A DNA stretch of 64,000 bases. It comes from Naegleria gruberi (taxonomy: Eukaryota). The notes beneath the pieces are model-generated. The model saw only the letters and a program-made list of their open reading frames with translations, did not search any database and had not been told where the DNA came from. Positions 11,116 to 21,518 of the stretch are shown here, piece after piece. A program made the position numbers and the translations under genes. The stretch lies in assembly GCA_000004985.1 (NCBI GenBank), contig GG738899.1. One strand, given 5' to 3'. Within the stretch, counting starts at the first letter, position 1. The number at the start of each line of letters is the position of its first letter.

Positions 11116-13680
11116 ATGGTCAAGTTCAGTAAAGAAATACTCGAAAGGCTCTTACTCGACAGTAACAAGATTCGTAACATTAGTATTATTGCTCACGTTG
11201 ATCATGGTAAATCAACACTCACTGATCAATTGGCTTTAGCAGCTGGTTTAGTGGATGAAGATGCTGCAGGTGAGAAGAGAGTTTGCGACGTCGATAAGAA
11301 TGAAATTGAAAAGGGTATTACCATTAAATCAACAAGTTTGAGTATGGTATTGGAAAATCCAGACAAGGAGAATGATCATCATTTGGTTAATTTGATCGAT
11401 TGTCCAGGTCACATTGATTTCTCATCTGAAGTTAGTACAGCTTTGAGAATTACTGATGGTGCAGTGTTGATTGTTGATGCTGCTGAAGGTTGTAGAGGTC
11501 AAACTGAAACAGTAATTAGACAATCTCTTCAAGAAAGAATTCGTCCAGTTCTCTTCATTAATAAGGTTGACCGTTTGATTGAAGAAATGCAATTTACTGA
11601 AGAAGAAAGTTATCAAAACTTTTTAAGAATTATCGAGTCTGTGAATGCTCTATTATCAACTTATTCTGATGAGTCAGTTTCTGTTGATCCAGTTGACTGT
11701 AACATTGCTTTTGGATCAGGTAAGATGGGTTGGGCTTTCACTTTGGAGCAATTCGCTCAATTATATAGCAAGAAGTTTAAACTTCCTGTTGAGAAGGTTA
11801 TTAACAAATTATGGGGTGAAAATTATTATGATCACTCAACTAAGAAGTTTACCACTGAACCTTATTCATCGACAAGTGGTCAACAATTGAAACACACTTT
11901 CTGTGAATTCATTTTAGAACCTATTTTCAAGATTTTCAAGTTGGTTAGAGAACATCAAATTTCGAGTGAAGGTATTTTGCCAACAGATTTGGAAAATATC
12001 ATTAGTGCATTGTCTATACCTCTGACGAAAGAAGAAAAGAGAAAGGAGCCGAAACTTTTAGCTAAATCAATCATGAGAAAGTTCCTACCAGCTCACAAAC
12101 CTCTAGTTCAAATGATTATTAACCATTTACCTTCTCCTAAGGAAGCTAAAAAGGTCAGGTATGATAATCTCTACACTGGTGAAGATTTGACAGATCCATA
12201 CGCTACTGGTATTAAGGAATGTGATCCGAATGCACCACTGGTTGTCTATGTCAGTAAGATGGTACCTATGCACTCTAATACTAGCTCTAGTATGAGTAAT
12301 AATGTTGGTCGTTTTATTGCTTTAGCTCGTATCTTCTCTGGCAGTTTGACTCAATCAACTAAGGTAAGAATTCTGGGTCCTAACTATGATCCAATTGCTA
12401 AGAAAGATGTTTTCCATACAAGCATTCAAAGATTGTTAGTCATGGTTGGTAAAAATACTGAAAGCATCACTCAAGCTTCTTGTGGTGCCATCGTCGGTAT
12501 TGTTGGTCTTGACAAGTACATTATCAAATCATGTACATTGACAGAAGAAGGACAAGTTGCATGTATGCCAATTAAGAATATGAAATACTCTGTGAGTCCT
12601 GTTGTTCAAATGGGAGTTGAGCCAGCCAATCCAGCTGATTTATCTCGATTTGTTGAAGGTTTGAAACGTCTCGTTCAAAGTGATCCTCTATTGGAATGTA
12701 AGCAAAATGATAGTGGTCAACATATTCTAGGAACAGCAGGTGAATTGCATTTGGAAATTTGTTTAAAGAATTTGGAAGAAGAATATGCAAGAGGAATTCA
12801 AATTAAAAAGTCTCCTCCTGTTGTCACTTTCCACGAAACAGTTTCAAATAAGAATGGAGACATGGTCATGGCCAGAAGTGCAAACGGTCACAATCGTTTA
12901 TACATGCAAGCTGAACCAATCAGTGAGGAATTGATTGAAATGATTAAGGAAGGTCAATTGCCAATGGATGATCAAAATAAGAGAGCAAAGATTTTAGAAA
13001 TTGACTTTGAATGGGATCCTAGCATAACAAAGAGAATTTGGAGTTTTGGACCTGAAGCTGATAAGGGTAGTAACATTTTGGTTAATGCAACCAAGTCAGT
13101 TGACTATATTAATGAAATTCAACAATATGTTGTCACTAGTTTCCAACAAAGCAGTTCTTCAGGAGGTTTATGTGATGAAGCAATGAGAGGTGTTTTATTC
13201 AAATTTAATGATTGTAATCTTCATGCAGATTCTATCCATCGTGGAGCTGGTCAAATTCTCCAAGCAACATCACGTGTCATGACTGCTAGTCAATTGAGAG
13301 CTGATCCAAAGTTAGTTGAACCAATGTATCTTGTTGAAGTTCAATGTCCTCAATCAGTGATGGGTTCTGTCTATAGTGTCATTTCCAATAGAAGAGGTGT
13401 TATCAAATCTACTGAAATGGTAATTGGTACTCCTCTCGTTAGTATTACAGGTAATTTACCTGTGCTGGAAAGTTTCGGTTTAACAGAAGAGTTGAGAGGT
13501 GTGACTCAAGGACAAGCTTTCCCTCAATGCAGTTTCAGTCATTGGAAAGTAATGGAAGACAATGTTTATGATCCTCAATCTAAAGTTCACAAGCTCATCA
13601 AATCTATCAGAAAGAGAAAGGGTCTTAAGGAAGATATACCACTCTACACAGATTACTGTGATGCAATGCCTAAACAATAA
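11116..13680 (+). CDS. elongation factor 2 family GTPase (854 aa), divergent EF2-like
   Basis: True ATG. G1 AHVDHGKSTLTD, LIDCPGHIDF, NK.D, colinear EF2 domains II-V, and the diphthamide-loop region H.DSIHRGAGQI conserved. C-terminal ...RKRKGLKEDIP as in EF2. By eye only ~50-55% identical to canonical eEF2. Confidence 0.85.
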   Translation: MVKFSKEILERLLLDSNKIRNISIIAHVDHGKSTLTDQLALAAGLVDEDAAGEKRVCDVDKNEIEKGITIKSTSLSMVLENPDKENDHHLVNLIDCPGHIDFSSEVSTALRITDGAVLIVDAAEGCRGQTETVIRQSLQERIRPVLFINKVDRLIEEMQFTEEESYQNFLRIIESVNALLSTYSDESVSVDPVDCNIAFGSGKMGWAFTLEQFAQLYSKKFKLPVEKVINKLWGENYYDHSTKKFTTEPYSSTSGQQLKHTFCEFILEPIFKIFKLVREHQISSEGILPTDLENIISALSIPLTKEEKRKEPKLLAKSIMRKFLPAHKPLVQMIINHLPSPKEAKKVRYDNLYTGEDLTDPYATGIKECDPNAPLVVYVSKMVPMHSNTSSSMSNNVGRFIALARIFSGSLTQSTKVRILGPNYDPIAKKDVFHTSIQRLLVMVGKNTESITQASCGAIVGIVGLDKYIIKSCTLTEEGQVACMPIKNMKYSVSPVVQMGVEPANPADLSRFVEGLKRLVQSDPLLECKQNDSGQHILGTAGELHLEICLKNLEEEYARGIQIKKSPPVVTFHETVSNKNGDMVMARSANGHNRLYMQAEPISEELIEMIKEGQLPMDDQNKRAKILEIDFEWDPSITKRIWSFGPEADKGSNILVNATKSVDYINEIQQYVVTSFQQSSSSGGLCDEAMRGVLFKFNDCNLHADSIHRGAGQILQATSRVMTASQLRADPKLVEPMYLVEVQCPQSVMGSVYSVISNRRGVIKSTEMVIGTPLVSITGNLPVLESFGLTEELRGVTQGQAFPQCSFSHWKVMEDNVYDPQSKVHKLIKSIRKRKGLKEDIPLYTDYCDAMPKQ

Positions 13681-13770
13681 GAGTTTTAGCATTTAGTAAT
13701 AAATTGCCTTTTTCTCCAATCTTTCAACAGTACATAACAATCGGGGATGATTCTTAACAAGTTTGAATCA

Positions 13771-13800
13771 ATATCTATCAATATCTATCAATATCTCAAA
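13771..13800. repeat. short tandem repeat (ATCTATCAAT)x3
   Basis: Direct reading of the sequence. Confidence 0.6.
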
Positions 13801-14019
13801 TTGAATCAATCTTCAATAACCATATGGTAAAGTATTATTTTTTATTTTAACAAAAATTCAGTAAGGATTTTGAGGCGCTTGTTACCATTGTTGATTTTCT
13901 TGATGACTGCTTTCTATCATTGATTAGCGTTTTCAGAGGCGATACTAGAAATGATATTGAAGACAATGATTTATAATAAGGAAACAATACAAAAAGTTGA
14001 AGGAGAAACAAGCAAAAGT

Positions 14020-14100
14020 TGCAGAAGGTGGGATTTGAACCCACGAAGCTTGCGCAGTAGAACTTGAGTCTACCCCCTTTGACCACTCGGGAACCCCTGC
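14020..14100 (-). tRNA. tRNA-Leu (anticodon CAA), type II with long variable arm, 81 nt
   Basis: The reverse complement folds with acceptor GCAGGGG/CCTTCTGC, anticodon stem GTAGA/TCTAC with loop CTCAAGT (CAA, G37), a long variable arm, and T arm GTGGG-TTCAAAT-CCCAC. Confidence 0.8.
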
Positions 14101-15303
14101 TTCATATAATCTTATAAACCTGGTTGTTCACTTTGAATATACCAACATTCTGTATTTTCAAGTTAGCCCATTGCTCACCTTAGCATCTTATTTTCATTAT
14201 CTTCCACAATATTCTTTATCATCTTTATTCGCCTTGAAACCAATCCTTAATTTATTCTCCCAGCTTATTCAACTATTTTCTTGAATTGAATTTCCAATTT
14301 TCCCAATTTTTTAACCATAACTTTTCCTCGCAACATTTCACACTTTCACAACCAATATAACATCATTGAGGATGCAAGATTGAAAAAACCATTGACTGTA
14401 CTTCTACAGGATCTTTTCTGTAGGAATACATAAACTCGACTTTTTTGAGTCAATCTGACCTTTGAGGTTAACCAAGATGAAGACTCTGTAGTCACATATC
14501 TTGAGCATGATATCGAACTGGAAACATGCTTCGTTGTAGGTTTCCTCGTTCATAGATGATTGCTGCATTCCTTACCAGCCATGGTTTGTGAATGGGGGAT
14601 TTGTGAACATGCAGATTGGTACCTTAAACTTTTTATCAATTAAAAGAAAAATATTACAACTATGCCCGAGAGCTGCCAATTAAACTCTATAACAAAACTT
14701 TCCTTTTATTATTAATCAACATGGCCCGTCGTATCTTCATTGCACTGTATTGGAGTTAGGGTTTTATTTTGTCTTGGAAAGCAAATATTTGAAGACTCAA
14801 ATTCGAAATTTGAAGGTTTATTGATCAACCACAAGTTTCTCTTTCTAAATAGATAAAATTCAAAGGTGATAAATATATGGTCACGTTGCAAGTTCTTCTA
14901 AACAATAACTTACTGAACCAACAATCAATAGATTCGTTGCCTTCACTGTTCATACAGTCAAAGACTGTAGCGGGATTGTCGCCATATTCCTGGCAGGCTT
15001 CCCGTCTAATTTACCAATTGAACAATATCACAACATATTCCCTTTTACTGTATTCCTGTAATAAGGGCAGTACATTGATGTAAAAGCTTTCTTAAAAGTT
15101 ATCAGGTTTCTCCTGTTGATTATTGTTTGATAAGAAATAATTACCATTAAGGCAAATTCATTTAAAATTACAATCCATTAGTTCCTGACAAATAACTATG
15201 CATGAATTTGTGACTTATGGCCAAACTGTAGGATAAAATCATTTTGTTAAAAAAAATGAAACATTTGGTGCAGATTTATATTGCAGAAATTAGGTTAATT
15301 GAT

Positions 15304-15421
15304 GGCTACGGCCATATCACGATGAATGCACCTCATCCCGTCCGATTTGAGAAGTTAAGCATCGTCGAGCCACATCAGTACTGAGGTTGGAGACAACTTG
15401 GGAACCTGTGGTGCTGTAGTC
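15304..15421 (+). rRNA. 5S ribosomal RNA gene, copy 2 (118 nt), identical to copy 1 apart from flanks
   Basis: Same sequence as copy 1. T7 run follows at 15422-15428. Lies 39 nt from the stop codon of the convergent cyclase gene. Confidence 0.9.
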
Positions 15422-15428
15422 TTTTTTT
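15422..15428 (+). terminator. Pol III T-run terminator of 5S copy 2
   Basis: TTTTTTT immediately after the 5S 3' end. Confidence 0.7.
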
Positions 15429-15459
15429 CATATCAAAATTTGTTTTATTAAGCTTGCTA

Positions 15460-17901
15460 TTAAAGTAAGTCTTGAAGTGAATCACTGCAATTCTCCTCAG
15501 GCAACAATTGCAACAATCGTTTAGACCTTTCGAATAAATTTAGAACAATTGGCGAATCACTCCAAACATTAGCCAATCTTTCACACAAGCAATACAATTG
15601 GAAATAGTGCTGAGAGAACAACAAATCCCTTACCAGCAACAAATCCTTTTCCATCTTCTTCTCATATTCAGAGGCCTCATTCCTGAATGCTACTAAATTG
15701 TAAATGCAAGTTGAATTACTCTTTCCTCTCAATTTGAGTAGATCAACAAAGTGAAAGATAAATTCCTCCCTCACCTTATCAACAATCTCACCACTCACAA
15801 GGATGGAACCAAAGTTTTGAGCGAGTGATTGTAATCTTAATGCAATGTTACACTCGTCACCAATTACTGTAAATGACATTCTGCTCTTACTGCCCAAACA
15901 ACCAACAAGCATTTCACCACATGTAATTCCAATAGAAATATCCAATTGAATACCCATTAGAATCTTCCATTTAGAGTTCAAATCCTCAATTACTTCCATG
16001 CATTCAATGGCAGTTTTACAAGCTCTTGATTCATGATTTGCACATCTGAATGATTTTTCATTCCAAAATACCATTACAGTACCCTCAATGAATTTATCAA
16101 TAATTCCACAATGGGCCTCAATGACCTGTGATATGGAGCTATAATATTCTGTAATGATTCGAATAAATGCTGTAGTTTCGGTCTTTTCAGAAAGTGTTGC
16201 AAAATTATTGATACCACAATACAGAACTGTCATGCTCGGTTCTAATTTCATACCAATTTTACCGTACTCTTGCTTATTTGAAACAATCATCTTGGCAATA
16301 ATGTGTGGAACATACTTGCTGAATGCAAATATTCCTCTTTGGGTGATTTGAATATTTTCGTCCATTTCCTTGATTTCACTGAAAATTGTAACATGTTTCT
16401 TGTATGGAGTTTCTAAACCTTTGAATGAAATGAGATGATTCATTTGCTTGGTAATGTCTATCAGTGGTTGATTAATTGATTGAACAACGCATAAAACAAT
16501 TAAGGTTTCTAATACAAAAAAAATGATAAATAAAATTACAGAAACAACACCAGAAGAAATGACCTCGGAGAAATATGTCTTCTCCAAACTCGTCGTGACC
16601 ACAGTGCATGTCAGATTGTAGGTATCCCTCACTGTTGAAACTTCTACAATTTTCCCCTTATAATGAAATATGTGAGATTCGTTTGCATTCAGATTCAAGT
16701 TGTTTAAATCAGAGCGATGAATTTCTTCAGAAATATCATCAATAGATGGATCGTTCTCACTGCTTCTTGCAAAAATACCTCCAGTTCCATTGATAATGAA
16801 TGAACTGTATAGAAGAGCTGTGGATGAGTTCGCAACATTGACATTTTGAATTTTGAATTCCAAAGCAACTATTCCAAATAAATAATCATTATGTGCACCC
16901 TTCATACGCTCTAATTCCTCAACTTGAATGGCATGAAGAGTGGAATTACCTCCTGACAATGTATAATTTCTTACTGGAATATGACTATATATGGGATAGA
17001 CAAAAAAAACTGAATATAAACCCTCCTCGTTCAAGGAAGCACTTGTCCAACATGGTCCAGCTACCTTCTTCGACTGCCTAATCTCTCTGTACCAATCACA
17101 ATCGGTTGGTGATGAATTAATTGACTGGTTTTCTGCCTTGCTGTCAACCAAATCTAAATCATCATATGACAACAGGTGTGAATTCGTATCTCTTATTCTA
17201 TACGTTAAACGAATATGCTCCTCTTCTGAAGAATTATTTGGAAACTTTCCAGTTTCGAACAAATTATGATTTTTAAATATCAAGTAATAATCGTCAAATC
17301 TTACAAATTGAATGGAAACTAGTTGAGTACTGGTAAGCATTCTGTCAGTGGCTCTTATTACTCGCATCCATTCAATTTGTTTGTCCAATTCCATCATTTT
17401 CCCAATAAATAAATTGTAAAACATCAAGTCAACCAGATTTCTAGCAGAATTGTGAATTTTCACAACTCTCATTCTCAATCTGTACGTAGTTTCCCATCTT
17501 TCATATCCACTTGTGCTTTTGTAAATCTCAGATCCACTTGAGAAGAGCAAAACGAAAGAAGCCAAAATTCCAAAGAATGTTTGAAACACAAACAAGACGA
17601 AAATTAAATTCATAATTCGGAAACCATATCTAGTGCAGTTTAGTCCACATTCTCCACATTTTGTTTGATGGTTCTTCTTCTTTGATTTCTTTAGAGACAA
17701 TATTTGACTTTTTGATTCAGTTTCGTTTGTTTCTTCTTTTGCATTGTAGCGATGAATTATTGGAAACTCATTACCATCATCGCTATCAAAATCAGATGAG
17801 AACGCATCCATGAAATCTAATCTAGACTGTTTTCTCATTTTCCCTCCTCCAATAATTGATTCTCTTCTGTTTTGATGTTTTCCATTCGTGTGTGAAAACA
17901 T
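15460..17901 (-). CDS. receptor-type class III adenylyl/guanylyl cyclase (813 aa): cytosolic N-terminus, TM, ~330-aa extracellular domain, TM, C-terminal cyclase catalytic domain
   Basis: True ATG. Two strong hydrophobic helices. The C-terminal domain has cyclase signatures (VLYCGINNFATLSE, ...SFTVIGDECNIALRLQSLAQNFGSILVSGEIV...). The architecture resembles sensor cyclases of the Dictyostelium ACG type. Confidence 0.75.
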   Translation of the reverse strand: MFSHTNGKHQNRRESIIGGGKMRKQSRLDFMDAFSSDFDSDDGNEFPIIHRYNAKEETNETESKSQILSLKKSKKKNHQTKCGECGLNCTRYGFRIMNLIFVLFVFQTFFGILASFVLLFSSGSEIYKSTSGYERWETTYRLRMRVVKIHNSARNLVDLMFYNLFIGKMMELDKQIEWMRVIRATDRMLTSTQLVSIQFVRFDDYYLIFKNHNLFETGKFPNNSSEEEHIRLTYRIRDTNSHLLSYDDLDLVDSKAENQSINSSPTDCDWYREIRQSKKVAGPCWTSASLNEEGLYSVFFVYPIYSHIPVRNYTLSGGNSTLHAIQVEELERMKGAHNDYLFGIVALEFKIQNVNVANSSTALLYSSFIINGTGGIFARSSENDPSIDDISEEIHRSDLNNLNLNANESHIFHYKGKIVEVSTVRDTYNLTCTVVTTSLEKTYFSEVISSGVVSVILFIIFFVLETLIVLCVVQSINQPLIDITKQMNHLISFKGLETPYKKHVTIFSEIKEMDENIQITQRGIFAFSKYVPHIIAKMIVSNKQEYGKIGMKLEPSMTVLYCGINNFATLSEKTETTAFIRIITEYYSSISQVIEAHCGIIDKFIEGTVMVFWNEKSFRCANHESRACKTAIECMEVIEDLNSKWKILMGIQLDISIGITCGEMLVGCLGSKSRMSFTVIGDECNIALRLQSLAQNFGSILVSGEIVDKVREEFIFHFVDLLKLRGKSNSTCIYNLVAFRNEASEYEKKMEKDLLLVRDLLFSQHYFQLYCLCERLANVWSDSPIVLNLFERSKRLLQLLPEENCSDSLQDLL

Positions 17902-18165
17902 CTTTTTGTGAATTGTATTTTGTAAAAATTTCTTTTCTTATTGGAGTAATTCATCATTTTAGGATAGAGTTCATTGTTTAGAGTTTAAACCTATTTAACA
18001 ATATTCCATATAACACTAGATTCTTATGGATGTTCAATTAGTATTAATGCAGCTTTGGGAATTAGGTTCTTAGAATAGAAATTGGTTAGCACGTTTTAAA
18101 GAGAACATTGTAATAAAATAATTAATTCCGTGTATATATGGAAACTATTTTCATAATGAATAACA

Positions 18166-18237
18166 TCCCGTGTAGTCCAATGGCTAGGATACCTGGCTTT
18201 CACCCAGGAGGTCCGGGTTCAATTCCCGGCATGGGAG
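18166..18237 (+). tRNA. tRNA-Glu (anticodon UUC), copy 2, identical to copy 1
   Basis: Identical 72-nt sequence. Shared flanks with copy 1 (AATAAC..TCCCGTG upstream, GGATAATTTTGC.AAGATAATTT downstream). Confidence 0.9.
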
Positions 18238-19530
18238 GATAATTTTGCCAAGATAATTTTCTTTGAACAAGTATGAAGATTTTTGAGACATTGTTCTTAT
18301 TTGGAATGTTTTGAATACAAGATGTGAATCCTATTACTCTGATATGAAATTGAGCAAATTTCCAACAACTATTTTTGAGCATGTGGATATTAGCTGGCCT
18401 TGACCAGTTCAATGAAACGCATCTGGGTTTCCTCACTCAACACGCAGCAAAATCACTCACAATCAATTATTTGATGAGCATTCAACAGACCTTTGATTGC
18501 AACACCTCAAACCATTTCAACTTCCTTCACATACATCATGTACATCTACAATCAACAAGGTAGATCAACAAAGTGTTGAGGATAAGCAACAAGATGGTTC
18601 ACACTTCATAATCAACAAGACGAGTTTCATGATGCAGCCTTTTCAAAGTGGCCTTTCACATGTAAGGTTGGCGCTTGTAATTGAACTTCTAAAGTCTCTG
18701 AATGCAACAAGCAGATACTCAACATGCCATACATACAAATTTTTGCATCACTTGAATAACCTTTTCATTTGTCTATCAACACTCATGCGCTTCTTTTTTA
18801 TTGGTTATTGTTGGAAGAAAATTCCACGAGTGTAAGAGAGCCAAGTATAAAGGCAACCATACTACTATACATAATAATCTATTAAAACAATAGTTGATAA
18901 TGCCAAGCACTGTTCTAATATTCATGATGAGAGCAAGCCTTACACAATGAAGGAGTTGAACATTTTTAAATAAACTAGAAGCCAAGCATCAATGATGCCC
19001 AATATAATAACAATTCTTAAAGTTATTATTTATCCTGGAAGTTATTCATTATATTATGAAGGTATTTATTACTAAATATTACCTGAGAAAGATGATAAGT
19101 TGAGAAGGAATACAAGTTGAGGTGAGATCATCTCTCTCGGGTTGGTCTTCCAAAAATTGTTCCAATTCAATTTCCTTTTCATCATCTTTTGAAGAGAGAT
19201 GCAAAAAGGAATACTAGACATTTAACCATTTGCCAGGTTTTGAGATAATGGTGGGCTTAGAATTTAACGAAAAAGGTTTGCCTGTTGTTTGCCTTCTTGA
19301 TGTGTTTTGAAGCTATGGGAGTACACTACAATTTCCTTTTTGCTTAAAATTTTTATCTCAAAACGCGGCATGGGAATATCCTTTTCACTTTGAAATAGAA
19401 CGGTCATCTATTCTTCCTTAGAGACAACGCAGAATGGATATGTCAAGATTTGGAAAAGGTATGAACCTCTATTTAACTGTCTTACTCTAGAATGTAACAA
19501 TACACCAAAATTCAATAACAAAAAAACAAC

Positions 19531-20925
19531 ATGATAAGTGAATCGAGAGGAAGAGCACAATTTTTCATTGGCATATTGCAGTGGCCAGTTCTAGTGTGGG
19601 CAATTTTGAATTTAGCTACAGGAATACTGGGCATGATTGTGTATGGTGCATTTACAGCCAGTTATGGACCCGTCTATATTGTGAATCAATTTGTTGGCTT
19701 GTGGTTGTGTGTCTTATTGACCTTTTTTAGTGCACAAACAGTGTATATTGAATTGAAGCCAGGCGATTCGAGTGAGCGAAGAATTCTCAGAGTGATTACT
19801 TTGGTGGTGAACATTCTGTATTTTGGTGTCATCCTGGTTGGTTCATTCATTCTATTTGTGTTATATTCGAGAGCTGGAACTCGTCCTGATGCTATTGTCT
19901 GGACAATTTTGATTATGATTATTTGTTTGCTGAATGTTATTGCTTTGATTTGCAGATGGTATTCAAGTGTTGGAGCTGGAAAGGAATTCATTCCAGACGA
20001 ATCAAAATGTTTTCAACTCATTAAGGAAAAGTCTGCTGGTGCATCTGGTGTTAGCATGTGTTTGTACATTACTGCCATTGTGGTGAATGTATTGTTGAGA
20101 TTCATCTTTTTGATTTTCCTTGGATTGTTGATTAGTGGCAGTTCTGCTGCTTCTAATATTAAGAATTATCCAATGAAGGGAAAACTAATTTCAGTTCCAT
20201 TGAACGATGGTTCAGGAAGAAGTCAAAACATTCACTATTTGTGCGAGGGTCCAACTGAGGGAAATTCATTCACATTCCTCTTTGAAGGAGATTTCACACA
20301 TGGTTATGCTGATTATTATGATATTCAAAGATATTTGACAGCTCTTGGTCGTCGTTCTTGCATTTATGATAAACCAGGCTTAGGATATTCTGACTATTTG
20401 TACAAGGACCAAAAGGATGAATCTACATTTTACTACAACTTTTTAACGAGTATTGGAGAAAAGACTCCATATGTCATGGTTGGCTGGGGAGGTGGTGGAC
20501 ATATCATTTACAAATTTGCTTTGGAACATCCTGAACTAGTCAAGTCGCTCACTTTCCTAGATGTTTTCCCACCTGGAATTGAATTTACCTCAATGAAGGA
20601 TTTGAAAAATTGGAGTCAAGAGCAATTTAATACGTACAAGAACCAAGAATTGAGAGGAAGAAGAACCTTATTTGGAATTATCAATGGATTGGCAGTTCCG
20701 TGGGGACTCATGTCTATCTTTGTTGGATCATCATCCAATACCAGCAATGCAGATGAAATTACTTTCTGGATGAGCACTGAAAAGACATGGATTACTCAAT
20801 CATCAGTTCTCGATACAGCATATGCTGACACTGGATCCTATCTGAAACAAAATCTCACATCCACCATAAGTGTCAATTTGGTTGTTACCAAGCATGATGA
20901 TAATTGGGTCATTAAGAATAATTAG
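19531..20925 (+). CDS. membrane-anchored alpha/beta-hydrolase-fold protein, epoxide-hydrolase/dehalogenase-like (464 aa)
   Basis: True ATG. About 200 aa of N-terminal hydrophobic helices, then HYLCEGP...FLFEGDFTHGY..., and VMVGWGGGGHI, which resembles the HGxP / nucleophile-elbow context of alpha/beta hydrolases. Confidence 0.55.
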   Translation: MISESRGRAQFFIGILQWPVLVWAILNLATGILGMIVYGAFTASYGPVYIVNQFVGLWLCVLLTFFSAQTVYIELKPGDSSERRILRVITLVVNILYFGVILVGSFILFVLYSRAGTRPDAIVWTILIMIICLLNVIALICRWYSSVGAGKEFIPDESKCFQLIKEKSAGASGVSMCLYITAIVVNVLLRFIFLIFLGLLISGSSAASNIKNYPMKGKLISVPLNDGSGRSQNIHYLCEGPTEGNSFTFLFEGDFTHGYADYYDIQRYLTALGRRSCIYDKPGLGYSDYLYKDQKDESTFYYNFLTSIGEKTPYVMVGWGGGGHIIYKFALEHPELVKSLTFLDVFPPGIEFTSMKDLKNWSQEQFNTYKNQELRGRRTLFGIINGLAVPWGLMSIFVGSSSNTSNADEITFWMSTEKTWITQSSVLDTAYADTGSYLKQNLTSTISVNLVVTKHDDNWVIKNN

Positions 20926-21518
20926 GAAGGAGCCGATTCCACTAATTGTAAATTCGAAATTGAGAAGAATAGGTACTATCTCAACTCACAATTGAATATG
21001 ATTCCAAAACAGAATGGAGGATCCACAACTTATTGTACAGATGATGCTTGTGGACTTGCATATTACACATTTACAAATCCAAAGTACACAGCTGATACAT
21101 TGAACACACTTTATGCCAAATAAATTGTAAATAAATTGCCATCGATTATGTGTCATCTTTCAATCAGAAATCAAAAAAAATGAACACAATATCTACCTTC
21201 TCAGATCCATCTCATCAAAAATTATAGAATATTAATTTTAAATAATGAAAAATCATCATGAAATTAACCTCAAATTGAAGTGATAAGGAATACCGTAAAA
21301 TTTCACTCCGGAGTAAATATACTTCACAAACAGATACTTTCTCCAAGAGACGTTGAGCTGTGTGTTCCATAACTTAAAAGATCCAATGTTGCACTCCATG
21401 AATCAACGTTGCCAAAGTTCCTGACGCCATGAAACTATCCTTCGCTCAATCCTTAATTTTCCCTTAATTTTCCATTAAATCAAAAAAAATTGAAAATCAG
21501 GATTAATTATATTAACAT

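Noticed and set aside
18238-19530. Possible small multi-exon gene or retroelement remnant in the ORF-poor interval after tRNA-Glu copy 2 (minus-strand MHLSSKDDEKEIELEQ... ending at an AG|GTAATA donor near 19090)
   Set aside because: The downstream candidate exon hits a stop immediately. There are no LTRs, target-site duplications or RT/integrase motifs. It is left unannotated and flagged only as worth a repeat-library search.
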